Origin: Callorhinchus milii
Taxonomy: Eukaryota
Assembly (NCBI RefSeq): GCF_018977255.1
Contig: NW_024704743.1
Coordinates: 51,772,001-51,836,000, forward strand
Reading direction: 5' to 3'
Length of the DNA: 64,000 nt
The translations under genes and the position numbers were made by a program. Shown piece by piece: positions 13,673-26,400 of the stretch; position 1 is the stretch's first letter; every line of letters begins with the position of its first letter. Under the pieces are notes generated by a model. It worked only from the letters and a program-made list of their open reading frames with translations. It was not told where the DNA came from and did not search any database.

Positions 13673-14194
13673 TAAAGGAAACTGGTAATCCCTGTTCTCC
13701 AGAAATGTTTCCTGTTCAAACAAGGATAATACTTTAATAAAACAAGGCTAGTTCAGTTTCTGCCTGTTATAATATCAAATTTGACAGGATGTTAGCCCGA
13801 TTATTCCACCATCAAAAAGCTTCTGTGAAAGATATTTCTGTCAATACCAATTGAAATGCCAAAGCACATTTGAATGATCACTGTATCAATGCTTTCATTA
13901 TCAGGATTTTCAAATGATATGCTTACATTGACTCGGTCTGTAAATTGACCAATAATCAGAGATTTCTTCTTTAGATGCTTGTGAATGTTCACAAGTATTT
14001 CCTGTAGTAGCTGTCTAGTTTTGGGGTCACCTGAATAGATAGTATGAAGGTGATGTTTGTGGAATGATTCTTTTACCAGAGATGTCAATCGGTAACATTA
14101 TCAGTTACATCTTTTACTTTATCTGTCAGCATTTCTTTTGCGAAGAGACCATGTGAGATTATGTCTGCAGAACATTACTATATGTGTATTAGCC

Positions 14195-14900
14195 TAGCTC
14201 TATTGATAGCATTCTCATCTCTGTCACAGAAGGTTATGGGTTCAAGTCCCACCTTGAGACTTTGAGCTCATATATTCTAGGCTAATACTCCAATGTAGTG
14301 TTGAGGCGGGATGAGGGGGCGCTGCATTGTTGGAAGTGCTTCCTGCGACTGAGACATTGAGCAGAGGTCTGCCCTTAGATGTATTTAAGGGAAAGCTAGA
14401 CAGCTACATGAGGCAGAAAGGAATAGAAGGTTATGCTTGAAGGCTTAGTTAAGGAAGGACAGGAAGAGGCTCATGTGGAGCATAAACAGCGGCATAGACT
14501 AGTTGGGCCGAATGGCCTGTTTCTGTGCTGTATATTCTAATGTATTCTAATGTAATGTATTCATTATGGTGGGTGTTAAGGATCCATAAGACCATAAGAC
14601 ATAGGAGCTGATCTTCTAACCTAATTCCATTTATCTGCCCTATCCCCATATCCCTTAATCCCTCTATCCCACTGCACAATTCATAAAGGAAATGGAGTTT
14701 CTCCCCATGTCCAACTATCCCCCAAATACAATTGGTCATTCACATCTTAGCTGTTTGTGGGACATTGTTGGATACAGATTGCCTGCCATGTTCATATACA
14801 AGGTACATTACATTTTACAGTATATCCTGTGAAGAGCTTTGAGATGTCCTCACAACATAAAAAACATGACTGTATATCAAATGTAAAGATTATTTTTATT
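14195..14900 (+). mobile_element. Deu-domain SINE interrupted by two CR1 3' ends
   Basis: Head 14195-14370, CR1 tail (+) ~14373-14560, CR1 tail (-) ~14588-14670, SINE 3' part 14670-14900. Confidence 0.7.
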
Positions 14901-15704
14901 ATCAAATATTTTGATCTTATTTTAGTTGGAAACATTTTTTTCCTTCTGCTTGGAGGAAAATCTTAGGAAAGGCTAGTAATCTGCATACTATTGTAATTTC
15001 TATTCTATGCAGAATGAATCTCCGAAACTTATTTTATACATTGAAGAGATGCTGCATTTCTCTATGTTGATAAATGAAATATAAAGTTCAAATCACACCA
15101 ATTGGTTAAAACTTATGGTTAGGTTGTTTGAGAACTTTAAGTAGCATTTCAGGAATTTGAGTATTGAAATATTTTCTCATTTGCCCAGATCATCATTCTT
15201 GCATTGGTGAATAACAACTGGTGCCAAGCTACTGACAGGCAGAATTCAACTACAGTTGGAGTTCACTGAATTACAGACTGATGGCATTCTTAATATCTTT
15301 CTCCAGTAAATGCAGATAGAAGCGTTCAGGACATCTCTTCAGAGTCAATTTAAGTCGTCACTGCATCAATAAGTATTGTTCATATCTGCATTTATATTGG
15401 TTATTGAATAAAACAACTCAATGCTTTGATTGGAAGACAGTAGGTTGGTATTGTGGAAAGATGAGATCAAATGGACCAAAGAGCTTTCTTCATTCAAGCC
15501 AATCCTGTGATCTTGTGATCTCGTAATAATTTAAATAATTATCGCATTACCCTCTGGATGTTCATTCAGGAAAAAATTCTTTTTTTTGAGCAGCCAGCTG
15601 ACTGACACATGCGGAAATCTATCGGCATGATTAAGAGCCTTCAGAACATGTAGAGTTCCACAAATGCACATGTTGCCTATGCACAAAAATTTCCTATGTG
15701 TCTG

Positions 15705-15910
15705 GATTGAAGCTAAAACTACATAGCATGCAATTGAGAGCACTGTTTGGCAACCTTCCCACTGCTTATCCAGATAGAAACACCCTAACTTTTAAGGGCT
15801 TTGGCTTGCAAGGTTAACAGGAGCTGAGCAGGAACAATCCCTGGCCCTAGTGACTACCGATGAGTTCTGCCGACAAACCAGGCTGGCTGGTTTGTCATCA
15901 ACAAGCCTTT
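15705..15910 (-). repeat. Unclassified interspersed repeat, copy 1
   Basis: The reverse complement aligns by eye with 62226-62430. Confidence 0.65.
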
Positions 15911-17371
15911 GGAATGCTGGCTCAGGAACTGGACTTTCAAGACTGCCATAAAGGATTGGCTCAATTCCAATATTTCTTTGCCAGGCACATCTCCTTGCAG
16001 CTGGCTCAGTGCCCCAGGGAGTGCCCGTTTATCTTCTCCCCCCGCACCCCCACCCCCCCAACCCCAGCAGGAATAATGCCTAGTTGGTCATTAGACATCT
16101 GACAAGTGCAGATATTCAGTCCATGACCCAAAATAATTCACTTCTCTTTGTTACTGGACATGGTTCTTTTATTTTAACAATTGTCAAAAGTACTTCATTA
16201 AAAACTGTTCAGAACAAATAAAATGTCAACAAAGTGGTAAATCTTTTGAACAGTCAGTAAAATAAAAATAAGTGTTGTATATATTTGGCTACACTACATA
16301 ATAATTCAATATGGATTTGTGTTGTGCATAATCTCGAGACAAACTGAAAATGGCATACTAGCTGTAACTTGATCCTGACTGAGTGGTCTCTCCAGGGATT
16401 AAAGGAAGCCACTGAAAGGGACTTGACTAACTGGGAAAGCCACAGAAAGGGCTATGTCCCAGAAGGGAAACTACCAAGGACAAAAAACTAATGAGATTTT
16501 TGTGTGAGCAAAAGTCTAACTCATTCCATAAGATTAAATGATATTCCACAGTTGCTCACTGAGTGTCCCTTAAATTACAAGTTAGAGTCAATTTATTTGT
16601 TATGAATTTCCAAACAATTTATTTTTAATTTATCGCAATACTCCCATTGCTACTGAAGGAAATTGTTTACAAAACACACTATTTAATATTCAGATAAATT
16701 TTGAAAGTGATTCTTTTGATTCCTAAATTCATACAAACAAGCAGACACCCAATTAAACTGTCAACCTTTCACAACTATTTTTATTCCAATTATTTAAGCA
16801 ATACAATAATAACCTGTTTTTCTCACAAATGAGTTAATATAACAAAAAAAGTTTGAAAAGGTTCACCACAATTGTGCATCCTGTATCACAAGCCTTTTAA
16901 CCTATCCTCCCACATGCCAATGTCTACCAATTGCAGTTCTTTGTCCAATATCCACTTTTATTTAAAAAATGAAAAAATATTCAAATACTATGGTGCAAAT
17001 GAGCTGGATTCAGACAATGGAATACTGACTGTGTAGAAAAGGCAAATACCTTTAGCAAAAGAGCTGGATGAATATTTAGTTCACAACAAGGTAGTGTTGC
17101 ACAGATAAGTTCAAATAGCAATGATGGAATGTTGTCTGGGTTATGATGAGTTGCTCGAACCATAGGAAAGTCTTGCCAAAAAAGCATGTATAATGTAGGA
17201 TGTAATGGTTGACCTCCATTTGAGGAATAAGGGCAAACAGTGCAAAAATCTTTCACATGAGCGCAAACAGATTGGCTAAACTTCACAATAGAGTGGATCG
17301 TATACAGCTGTGGAAGGGCTTCGTGGGTCAAATGCCATAATGCCTTTCTTAATCCTTTAATATGTTCTTAT

Positions 17372-18107
17372 GTCAGCTTGGCTCATTGGTAGCACTCTGA
17401 CTTCTGGGTCAGAAGGTAGTGGGTTCAAGCCTGGACGTCTGCAGTTGGAATCATATAGTCTAAGCTGACAATCCAATGTGGTGCTGAGGATGTGCTGCAT
17501 TGTTAAAGGTGCCATCCTTCAGATGAGATGTTAAACCTGTTCAGGTGGACATTAAAGACATTAAAGACATGTCTTCTTTAGATCCCATGTCATGTTGTCC
17601 TGGCCAATAAACCCTCAAATAAAATTGGTAACTCCCTTCATGGCTGTATAATAATCTTTGCATTTGATATAGCGCTTTTCACGGCTTCTAGGCATCTCAA
17701 AGTGCTTCACAGAATATACTGTAAAGTGAATTGATTGTATATTTGTGGGTGAAACGCAGCATCCAATTGTGCACAGCAGTATCCCACAAACAGTCGTGGA
17801 TTGAAAATTACCAACTTATTATTGTTTTGTTTTTTGGAGGGATTATTATTAGGCGTGTGAAGTAAGGAAATTTGCCCAAGGTTTCGCCCTGCCTGGTATT
17901 GAACCCAGGTGTCTCGCTTGCAAGGCGAGTGCTCTAACCACTGAGCTATAGGATTCCACTATATGTGTGATATTGCTGTGTGCAACTGGTTGCCGTGTTT
18001 CATCCACAAAATACAAAGTCACTACACTTTACAGTATATCCTGTAACGTGCTCTGAGATGTCTCGATGATGTGATAATGAGATATATCAAATACAAGGAT
18101 TATTATA
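17372..18107 (+). mobile_element. Deu-domain SINE split by an antisense SINE insertion
   Basis: Head and core 17372-17648, then the 3' part resumes at ~17959 and ends ...atcaaatacaaggattattat. Confidence 0.75.
17649..17958 (-). mobile_element. tRNA-Ala(TGC)-like-headed SINE
   Basis: Reverse strand reads ggaatcctatagctcagtggttagagcactcgccTTGCAagcgagacacctgggttcaatacc (A/B boxes, TGC anticodon-like loop), then the shared tail ending in (ATT)n. Confidence 0.8.
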
Positions 18108-18403
18108 AGTTTAAATTGTAGTCCTAAAGGCTAAGACCAGGTGAAATTTCATGCCTCGGAGACAATAAAATTGTCAAAAGGAAAATGTTTGTGGTATATG
18201 AAATATATCTCCAATTGTCTTTCCAGGAAAACCCAAGTATTCAATTTTCCCATCAGCAGTGTTAAAAATGTCAATTTTGACTGCTGACACTTGAATAACC
18301 TACCTCCATATCCCACGCTGTTTGGTAAATATTGACCAGTATGTAACTGCAATTAACTTACTTGCCTTAGTTAAACTAAGGCTTTGACATTTGCAGAATA
18401 CAT

Positions 18404-18880
18404 TATATTGAAACTTGTTAAACAACCATCTCTATTCAGCAACCACCTGCTGTCAACAACAACCCTGGAACAGTCTGGAACAGTCCCGACCAATTTTCCA
18501 TGAAGAACTACCTCTATTCAGCAACCACCTGTCTAACAAAACCAGTGCCTACTCTTTTTTAGCTCTGTCGGTGTTCAGACACCCTTTTCAGAGACTGGTT
18601 CTTGATGAATTTAAGTGTATTTACTGGTAATGCATTACCAATTTCCATGTGTAAATTCCTGCACATTAGCCAACTTAGCAACTCATTGGTGAGGGCAATG
18701 TTGGTAAATGAATTAGGAGTCTTACAGGATTCTACAACTGGGCCTGCAAACATTTTTGGCCTTCAGGAAGTTTTCAGGCCCAGTCAATGAATAAACGAAC
18801 CCTTACTCAGTCACTACCCTTACATAAAGACTACTTTGGTTCAGTCCCCTGATTGGTTTCTGAAAACAGGTTTGACTGTA
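18404..18880. mobile_element. Tc1/mariner (pogo/Tigger-like) MITE
   Basis: Ends tatattgaaacttgtt / aacaggtttgactgta match 12/16 as inverted repeats with TA termini. Internal direct repeat ctctattcagcaaccacctg at ~18430 and ~18512. Confidence 0.55.
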
Positions 18881-19267
18881 TTACTTTCCAGTTGGTGATG
18901 TAGGACTTAAACCACATAAGCACATGGCAACTAGGCTGATGGTAGAGGTATTGATGTCTATAGAGCTTCCGACCTTCAGACTGCAGCATGCCACTGTGTA
19001 TGTGTCCAAGAGGCAAGGAGGAAAGTGATGACAGCAATGATTTCTGGGGATCTGTAGTTCTCTACAGAGCGAGTGATGCCTGCCAACAAAAAAAAATTAT
19101 TAATGTAATAGATGTATTACATTTCTTAATAACATTAGTCATATTATTGTGTTATTACAACAACAACTTGCACTTATATTAATCAAGCATGGTCATATCT
19201 ATATATTTATTCAAGAAATGAGTGCCCATATGTGATTTGCAAATTGAAGCAAAAATAAGTAATGGAT

Positions 19268-19608
19268 AATAATAATCCTTGCATTTGATATAGCAATATC
19301 ACATCTTTGAGATGTCTCAAATCCCTTCACAGAATATAATGCAAAGTGAATTGACTGTATATTTTGTAGACAAAACATGGCAGCCAATTGCACACAGCAG
19401 TGTCCAACAAACAGTTGTGGATTGAGTGACATTTTTTGGGGGGGAATTATTACCCCCAGATAATCGATTAACAACCGGGTTCCTATTTACTAGGTAAACA
19501 GAGGAATGTAAAGTAAGGAAACTTGCTCAACGTTTTGCCCTGCCGGGAATCAAACCCAGATCTCTCGCTTATGTGGCGAGTGCTCTAACTACTGAGCTAC
19601 AGGACTCC
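19268..19608 (-). mobile_element. tRNA-Ala-like-headed SINE, near full length
   Basis: Same head and tail as 17649-17958. Confidence 0.8.
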
Positions 19609-21019
19609 ACAATCATAAAGCTTTAGATCATAGGAAGCTCTCTGCAAAACATAGCAATATATATTCTTTGATTGATATGATTCTCGCATCATCTAATAGC
19701 AGTATTTCTGTAAATAAATGGAGACATCCATTTGTTTTATCAGATTCTACTGCCATCAAATGAGAAGGACCTTTTTCACAACATTTGACTAACAACTGCC
19801 CGAGTTTATTTCCTAATGTCTACTTTTACCATTGAACATATCAAACAAAATCATCCATTTATTTCAATGATATGCCCAATATATCCATTTAGAATGGAAT
19901 TCAGTCTGACATATTTGAGTTTGCCGATATTGTGGAATGCATAATCTTTGGGTAATGTCAGTATCTTATCTCCTGTTTTTTTTCTTAGATTGAACATATA
20001 CCAAGTACAGTTCAAATAAAAAACAAACACTGATTAATGTGTTTTGGTTGAATTTTCAACTTTGATGTCCTTATTGCAGTGCAAATGAAATGAATCAGTG
20101 TCATTCATTGGTGTCCGTGCAATGACACTGGTATAGTATCATTGTCAGAAAATGACCATCAATATTTTAATGTTTATATCTCTGCACTAATTCATTTCTG
20201 TCTGGAATATTAAATGAATAAATGCTGTGAGTGCCTTGCTGATCAATGGTACCATTCCCATAGTATGGACTCAGCCTGTAGATTATAGTAAGCTATAAAT
20301 TGTGCAAATTATACTCCATGTAGAATCCAGTAAGACTTGATATGGTTGATCTATTAAGGATAGTACTCTAGCTTTATGACTATAATTCAACCACTTTCTA
20401 CAATAAATACTAATCACGGGTGATTACCTTTTTCATACTTTGCACAACCATTTATGTGAATTGGAACACAGGGATATTGTTCATTGTTATTATGAACAAG
20501 TTGTGTCAGTGACCCACAATCTCCAAATACTTTATGTGTTCCATTATAATTATGGGTCCAGGGGAAGATATGAGCCAAGTATTGTTTCAGAACTGGATCA
20601 TAAGTCATAATGAGCAAGTCCAATCAAAATAGGTGAGACAGGTTTAAAATAACACAGTAATAATGATAAGAAATAACCCTAATTTCAGTCACTTGCCAGT
20701 TTTAACCATGCAGTCAACTGAATGAATACCTCCGAGGGTAATAGACTTGAGTCTGACAGAGGCCAAAGTTCACGTCATTGAGAATGGTTTATCCACTCTT
20801 GTCCTCTGATGAAGACTAAGTCCTTAGGCACTAGACCATATGTTTGGGTTTCTTACCAGAGTGATTGTTCCTTCATAGAAGAATGCGTACTGCTCTTCAA
20901 AATCTTATAGGCGTTTAATTGTTTCCATATCTAAAAAAAAGCATTCGATATGTATAATTTTTAAAAAAGAAACGCAGTACAAATGATGAATCCAACCAAC
21001 TATAAATATTTACTATAGA

Positions 21020-21130
21020 CGTTTTACCCACAAAATATACAGTCAATTCATTTTACAGTATATTCTGTGAGGCACTTTGAGATGTCTCTAAGATGTGATA
21101 AGATGCTATACCAAATGCAAGGATTATTAA
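21020..21130 (+). mobile_element. SINE 3' tail
   Basis: Near-identical to 13560-13672. It is the last recognisable TE before the irx2 domain. Confidence 0.75.
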
Positions 21131-24100
21131 TATGAATAATATTATTCAACTATCTCATTTTTAATTCCCCTTTGATGTACCCTTTTACAGAATCATACCA
21201 GTTTCAATGTTATATCTAGGTAACCAATCGTTTGACTAAAAACAATTATCTGGAGAGAACACTGTTGTATTATTTGATTTCAACTTTATTGAGCCAAGTT
21301 CCTAAATATGCTCTAAAACTTCACAACTAAGCTTCATAAAGCGGATGATCATCGATTGATATGAAATTGGTAAGTAGAGTGTTTTTCTCCTCGGGTAGTC
21401 TGAAAAAGTGTCTTAAAATGATATACTAATAGAAAGTGGAAACTAATTTGTTGGAAAAGACAATATTTCAGGCGCTGGCATCTGCTAAGACTTTATTCCA
21501 ACAGTCTGATCAATTATCCCTTTGGGACATTTGATTCTTTACACTATGAGGCCAAGGCAGTGATAATTAATAGTATAGGGCTGAAACCATTGCCGAGTCT
21601 GGTTGAAAAACATCGCATTATCAATCAAATTTCACTTTTTAAAAAATCTATCCCGTTATTACAATTGTCTGTTGATTCCTGTTGGCTGTGCAACAGTGAA
21701 CTTTCAATATAATTTGTCTCCAAGAGAAGGCAAGCGCGCTTTGAGGGCAAACGTTATCTCTGGATAATAATAATAATCTGGTGACAATATTACTTGATGA
21801 AGTAACTGGCTTCAGCCTTCAGTTAAATCCTGCAATAGGTTTCCTGACACTATTATGGCATATTAGAAAGAATATATCTTTATGCGTGCATGTATGGAGA
21901 ATTGTTTCCATAAAAGAACACACAAACAGATTTCCCTCATGAAACAAATGCTACCTCGTTAACCATGACTGTGTCTGTCCCATTACCGTGGCTGGGGAGT
22001 CGAGAGTTACATCACATAACTATAGTTTAGCCAGTTAAAATTAACTTTAAAATACCAACGAGGCTTGTAATGTTTCAAAAAAAGTCCCGAAAAATATGTT
22101 TAGCCTATATCCAAGAGTGGTACGTTGCCTGGGGAGAGCTGTCAAAGTCCATCTGTGCAGAAAGCGTCTAATGGGTCCAACGCCTGTTTGGTCCAGGCTG
22201 GTGGAGACCATAATATATGGAGAACATTTGAAGGCAATCCGTGAATCAGATTTGACTCCAATAACATTGAAACGTTCAGCATTAAACTCGTTGTTTTCAA
22301 ATAAGAAACCCTGGTACCGTCTGTCTGAAATGACCACGAAATGATTGAGATAGTCAAACAGTCATCCGACCTCTGCAAACATTTTTTTATGCAAAGGGGT
22401 CTAACAGTTTAGTCAAAACAAAAAAAAGGGGGGGGGGGGGGGAAGTACCAAAGTCTTCAGAAAAAAAGTTACTGTGACATTGAAGCGTGTTTTTGTGGCT
22501 GTGCCTGTGTGCACTGACGGGCACACGTACACACCCACAATCTGCTGACAGATGTAAAACTTCCCCCCAGTTCACTGCACGGTTACTCCCTTAACTTTGG
22601 AAATGTTGAAGTCGAATACGCTGCGAGTTTCACTAATCAGTACGAAGCCATTATTAAGTTTCCAAATAAAAAGCAATAAGCAATTACCCACTTGGGAAGC
22701 AATTTAACGCGTTATTGGTAAAGTAAGACTCTTTGCAACAACCTATGTAAGGTATATAAATAAATGATACGGTCCGAGATTCCATTGGTGTTTTCATTTC
22801 GTGTTTCATGTCACGATGCCTTAGCACGAAAGTGATAACATACAAAGGGTCTTTTCTTCTCCCAGTCTGTTTTTGGAACCAGAATCTAATTTATATGTGA
22901 TCAGTAAGTGTGCAGTGAGTTCATATGTTCGTATAAAGAGACTTTTTCAGAACATTCACCGACTCTCTGTCTCCCCTCCACCCCCCACACCCCCACCCCA
23001 TATAATACCCTTTCTCTCACTTTACTCCTAAAGTACTATTATGCTATCAGATAAGTACTTCCATATTCGCTTGCGAAGAATTTTAACAGGTTTGCTTCAC
23101 ATGTCAGCGGACGGAAATGTTTTAAATTATATCTCGGTTTCGAAATGAAAGCCCCAAGTTTTACTCGAAATAAAAGGATCCCCGAAGCAAGACATTCAAA
23201 TGTGCTTTGCAGACCAAATACTAAACTGACCATTGAATAATTTTACAAACCGAACGTCAAGACGATGTTTTACAAGATAGAAGCAAAAATAAACTTTTGC
23301 GGATTTCCACCACAATTCTTACGTGGCAGGAGATTCCCACTAAAAATAAGGTTATTCTCCTTTTTGGAAAATGAGTAATTGCCATTAATGTTTGTAATTA
23401 CTGATAATATTACCAACATTCATAATACACTAAATAATAAGGGATTTTAGCACGTAGCAACCTTCATATTTAGAAGTTTCATTTGCATATTTTCACGCGC
23501 TTAAAACAGCTGCAAACTTTCATCCCTGCGATATGGAAACTGCTTTCAATGACCTGCTCAACTTGAGATGGTCGCGGCTGAGTACCGCCGAATAACTGTC
23601 AACGTAGATTCTGGTTATTGGCATTAGTCGGTAGAAAACTAAGGCTCTGTGTCCGTCTGATTGCCAATAGCACCTAACGTGAATAACCCTTTTGTTTTAG
23701 TTAACACACAGAAACGTTACAGCTGCTCTAACTCAAAGCTTAACATATTGAATTTAACTTAATGTTCTCACGTTTTCACAACACTGTTATAACTATCTAT
23801 GGGTAACTGTAGAAGAATTCCGTGCCCTACTTTTGAGCGCCCCCTCCCCACTGTTCCTGTGAGAATAGCGTTTACCTCGGGAACAACATTCATTTGAACT
23901 CTGAACGGCTCAACTTTATACATCACAAATGTGCAGATATGTATATAATGCAAATGCTCGTAAGACGATGCCGGAATAAATATATAATGTGTATACTTAA
24001 AAAGAAGCAACTACGTGCAAGCAAAATATTACAATAATTGGGAAGTACCGTACTTTGAAAGTATGTGACTATTTTGTCAAATTAGGGAAATGTAATTTTA

Positions 24101-26375
24101 CATGCTCCGTATATAACATTAAACCAGGTATTAAGAGAAGTCTAAATACTAAACAATATTCGTAAAGCAACAGGTTAGCTGTACCTTGCAAATCCACTTA
24201 TTAGTTTAAGGGCTGGGATCTTTTCTCTTCTTTAGATTATGGTGTTCACTATTAAATCTCCTAAATAAAGTACAGTTTGTGATTATAATGACCAGTAATA
24301 CTTACAAGCAATGTTTTGACCTACACCTTTCAGAGAATGAGCACACGTTTGTGTACTTAGACTCCAGTCTTTAAATAAACGCGGACTCTGCTTCACATGA
24401 AATGTGCTGAGCCGTAGTTATTTGCTGTAATGGGGGTGGGGGGTCCAGATTAATATCTGCAGGCAGTGGCGGAGAATATTTTGAATATTGGGAATTCTCC
24501 CATTTGAAATTTCCTTGTTTCCAGTTGTTGCATTGGCTCTTGCAAATTTATTTTCGAAATTCTACTCCCGTGTGATAAGGCACTCTTACCGTCCGCATAA
24601 TTTCAACCAAAGTTATGAAATTTGCAATGGCGATCTTTATTCTTAAATGCCTTGAAATGCATCTTCTTTGCACCCGAGAGGTGAGCGTGGCACATTTTTA
24701 CAGACAAACCCCTGTAACTGATAGCCAAGGATTAACTATTGCTCCCAACCACAGTGGGTGCTAAAAATCACCTCTAGAAATTAGCGAGGCGTGTATTTGA
24801 CGTCTCCGAAAGCATGAGCAACAACAAAAGGTAGTGCTTGTTAACTTAAGGAGACGTGACCCCCGAACTTCCAGTGAATCTTGGGTGCAAAAATGTTTAT
24901 TTCAACGCTAAACTTTAAACGGCAGCGTTTTACAGAGCGCGCAAAAGCACACGGGTGGAATGAATACAATGTGTGGATTTATGGAATTAATTCCCTTTTA
25001 TATCAGAAGGGAGTGTGAAAAGTTTGCGAGCAATTAACTTCGGATACCAGGAGACAAGTTGCTTGCGGAAGAATTAAAGCCCTTATTTACACCCACTGAA
25101 TTTTCTGCGCTCTGGTTTCGGGGGTAAACTGGGAAATGTTGTCTTGTTGTGGAGAATCGTCCGTACGTTGGATGTTATGCAGGTACAATATTTGATGATC
25201 CTGGTCTGTGGGTATGTAATGGGGTTCAGTTGCGGGGAGCATCTGTATTGCAATAAAACATACCTATCGGAAATTCGAGTCTGGCTAGAAATGTACCATT
25301 CACTGTCAAAAAGTGTCAATTAATTGAAGAAGCAAAGGGTCCAGTGGGTCACAAAGATACGACCGGGATGGTCTCCTGGGTGCTACTACCTTACACTTCC
25401 ACAGCCCTCATCCTCGGAAGGATTGTATTCTGCTTGTACAAGACATTATTTAAAATTCAGGTCTAAACAGGAACCACTTCACCAAGCAGGATGGCAGCTG
25501 GACGGACGGATGTGTTTTTTTTTGCCCTTAAACATAAAAGGTCGATTTGTTGCATTTGCTCCCAATGCATTACAGCGACACGGACGTGGCAACTGAAAAC
25601 AAATGTCTAAAAGATCAGTTGTGCCCGAGACTGAGAATCGCGTGGAAAATGTAGATCACAGTAAAGTAAACCGATGAACCCGATCGTCAAAACTGTGCTA
25701 AACTGCAACGATGGGGAAATGACGAGAAGGTAAATAAATGGAAGTTGAACGTGAGCGAAGGGGGGACTCCAACGGGACGAGGGCTACTGTCAACTGCAAG
25801 TGTGAGTCCTGAGGGGGATGCGTGGAGGGTTCACTAATCCAGATTGTAATTGTATTTGCTATTTGTCTGGATTGCAAATATAAGTAAGGTATACGGGTGG
25901 CGGCTTCTGTTTAAATACGATGTTTAGAAAACAGCAGGATCGTGAACTGACTGCTTCAAACCACACTATCTCTCTCGCCTGTGTGCGAGCAGACCAGCGC
26001 GATCTCCCCGTGCTTTACATATTTAAAAAGATAACGATTGACTCAGGTGACATCTTGATCTGCCACTGAAACGACCGACGCTACATAATAATTAAATCGC
26101 AAGTAAAAACGAAACCTCCAGCGCAGTGTAATCTTCTTAAGTCCGACGCGACAGCATACGCGGGGATTTTAATCGCCTGATAGTTCAGTTCATTTCAGTG
26201 AATCAAGGTGTTATGTCCCTCGACTTGTGCTTTCCGCGGGAGCCTGTATCCAGCCCCACAAGCAAAAGAGTGAATTACCTCATATTTGATTAACAGTAAT
26301 TATATCATCTGCTTTTATTTAATATGTGTTAGGATAATCCATTTACCAATAACGCTGTTCCCAATCAGCCCGACC

Positions 26376-26400
26376 ACACACACACACACACACACACACA
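26376..26400. repeat. (CA)n microsatellite
   Basis: Direct reading. Confidence 0.9.

Noticed and set aside
17885..17958. tRNA-Ala(TGC)-like sequence (also ~9115-9188 and ~19535-19608)
   Set aside because: These are divergent SINE heads continuing into SINE bodies, not tRNA genes.
20800..20850. CTGATGA hammerhead-like core (also ~44938 and ~53400)
   Set aside because: No properly placed GAAA or supporting stems were visible.
22047..22378. Three overlapping 78-96 aa ORFs
   Set aside because: No recognisable motif or splice context. Their length is compatible with chance.
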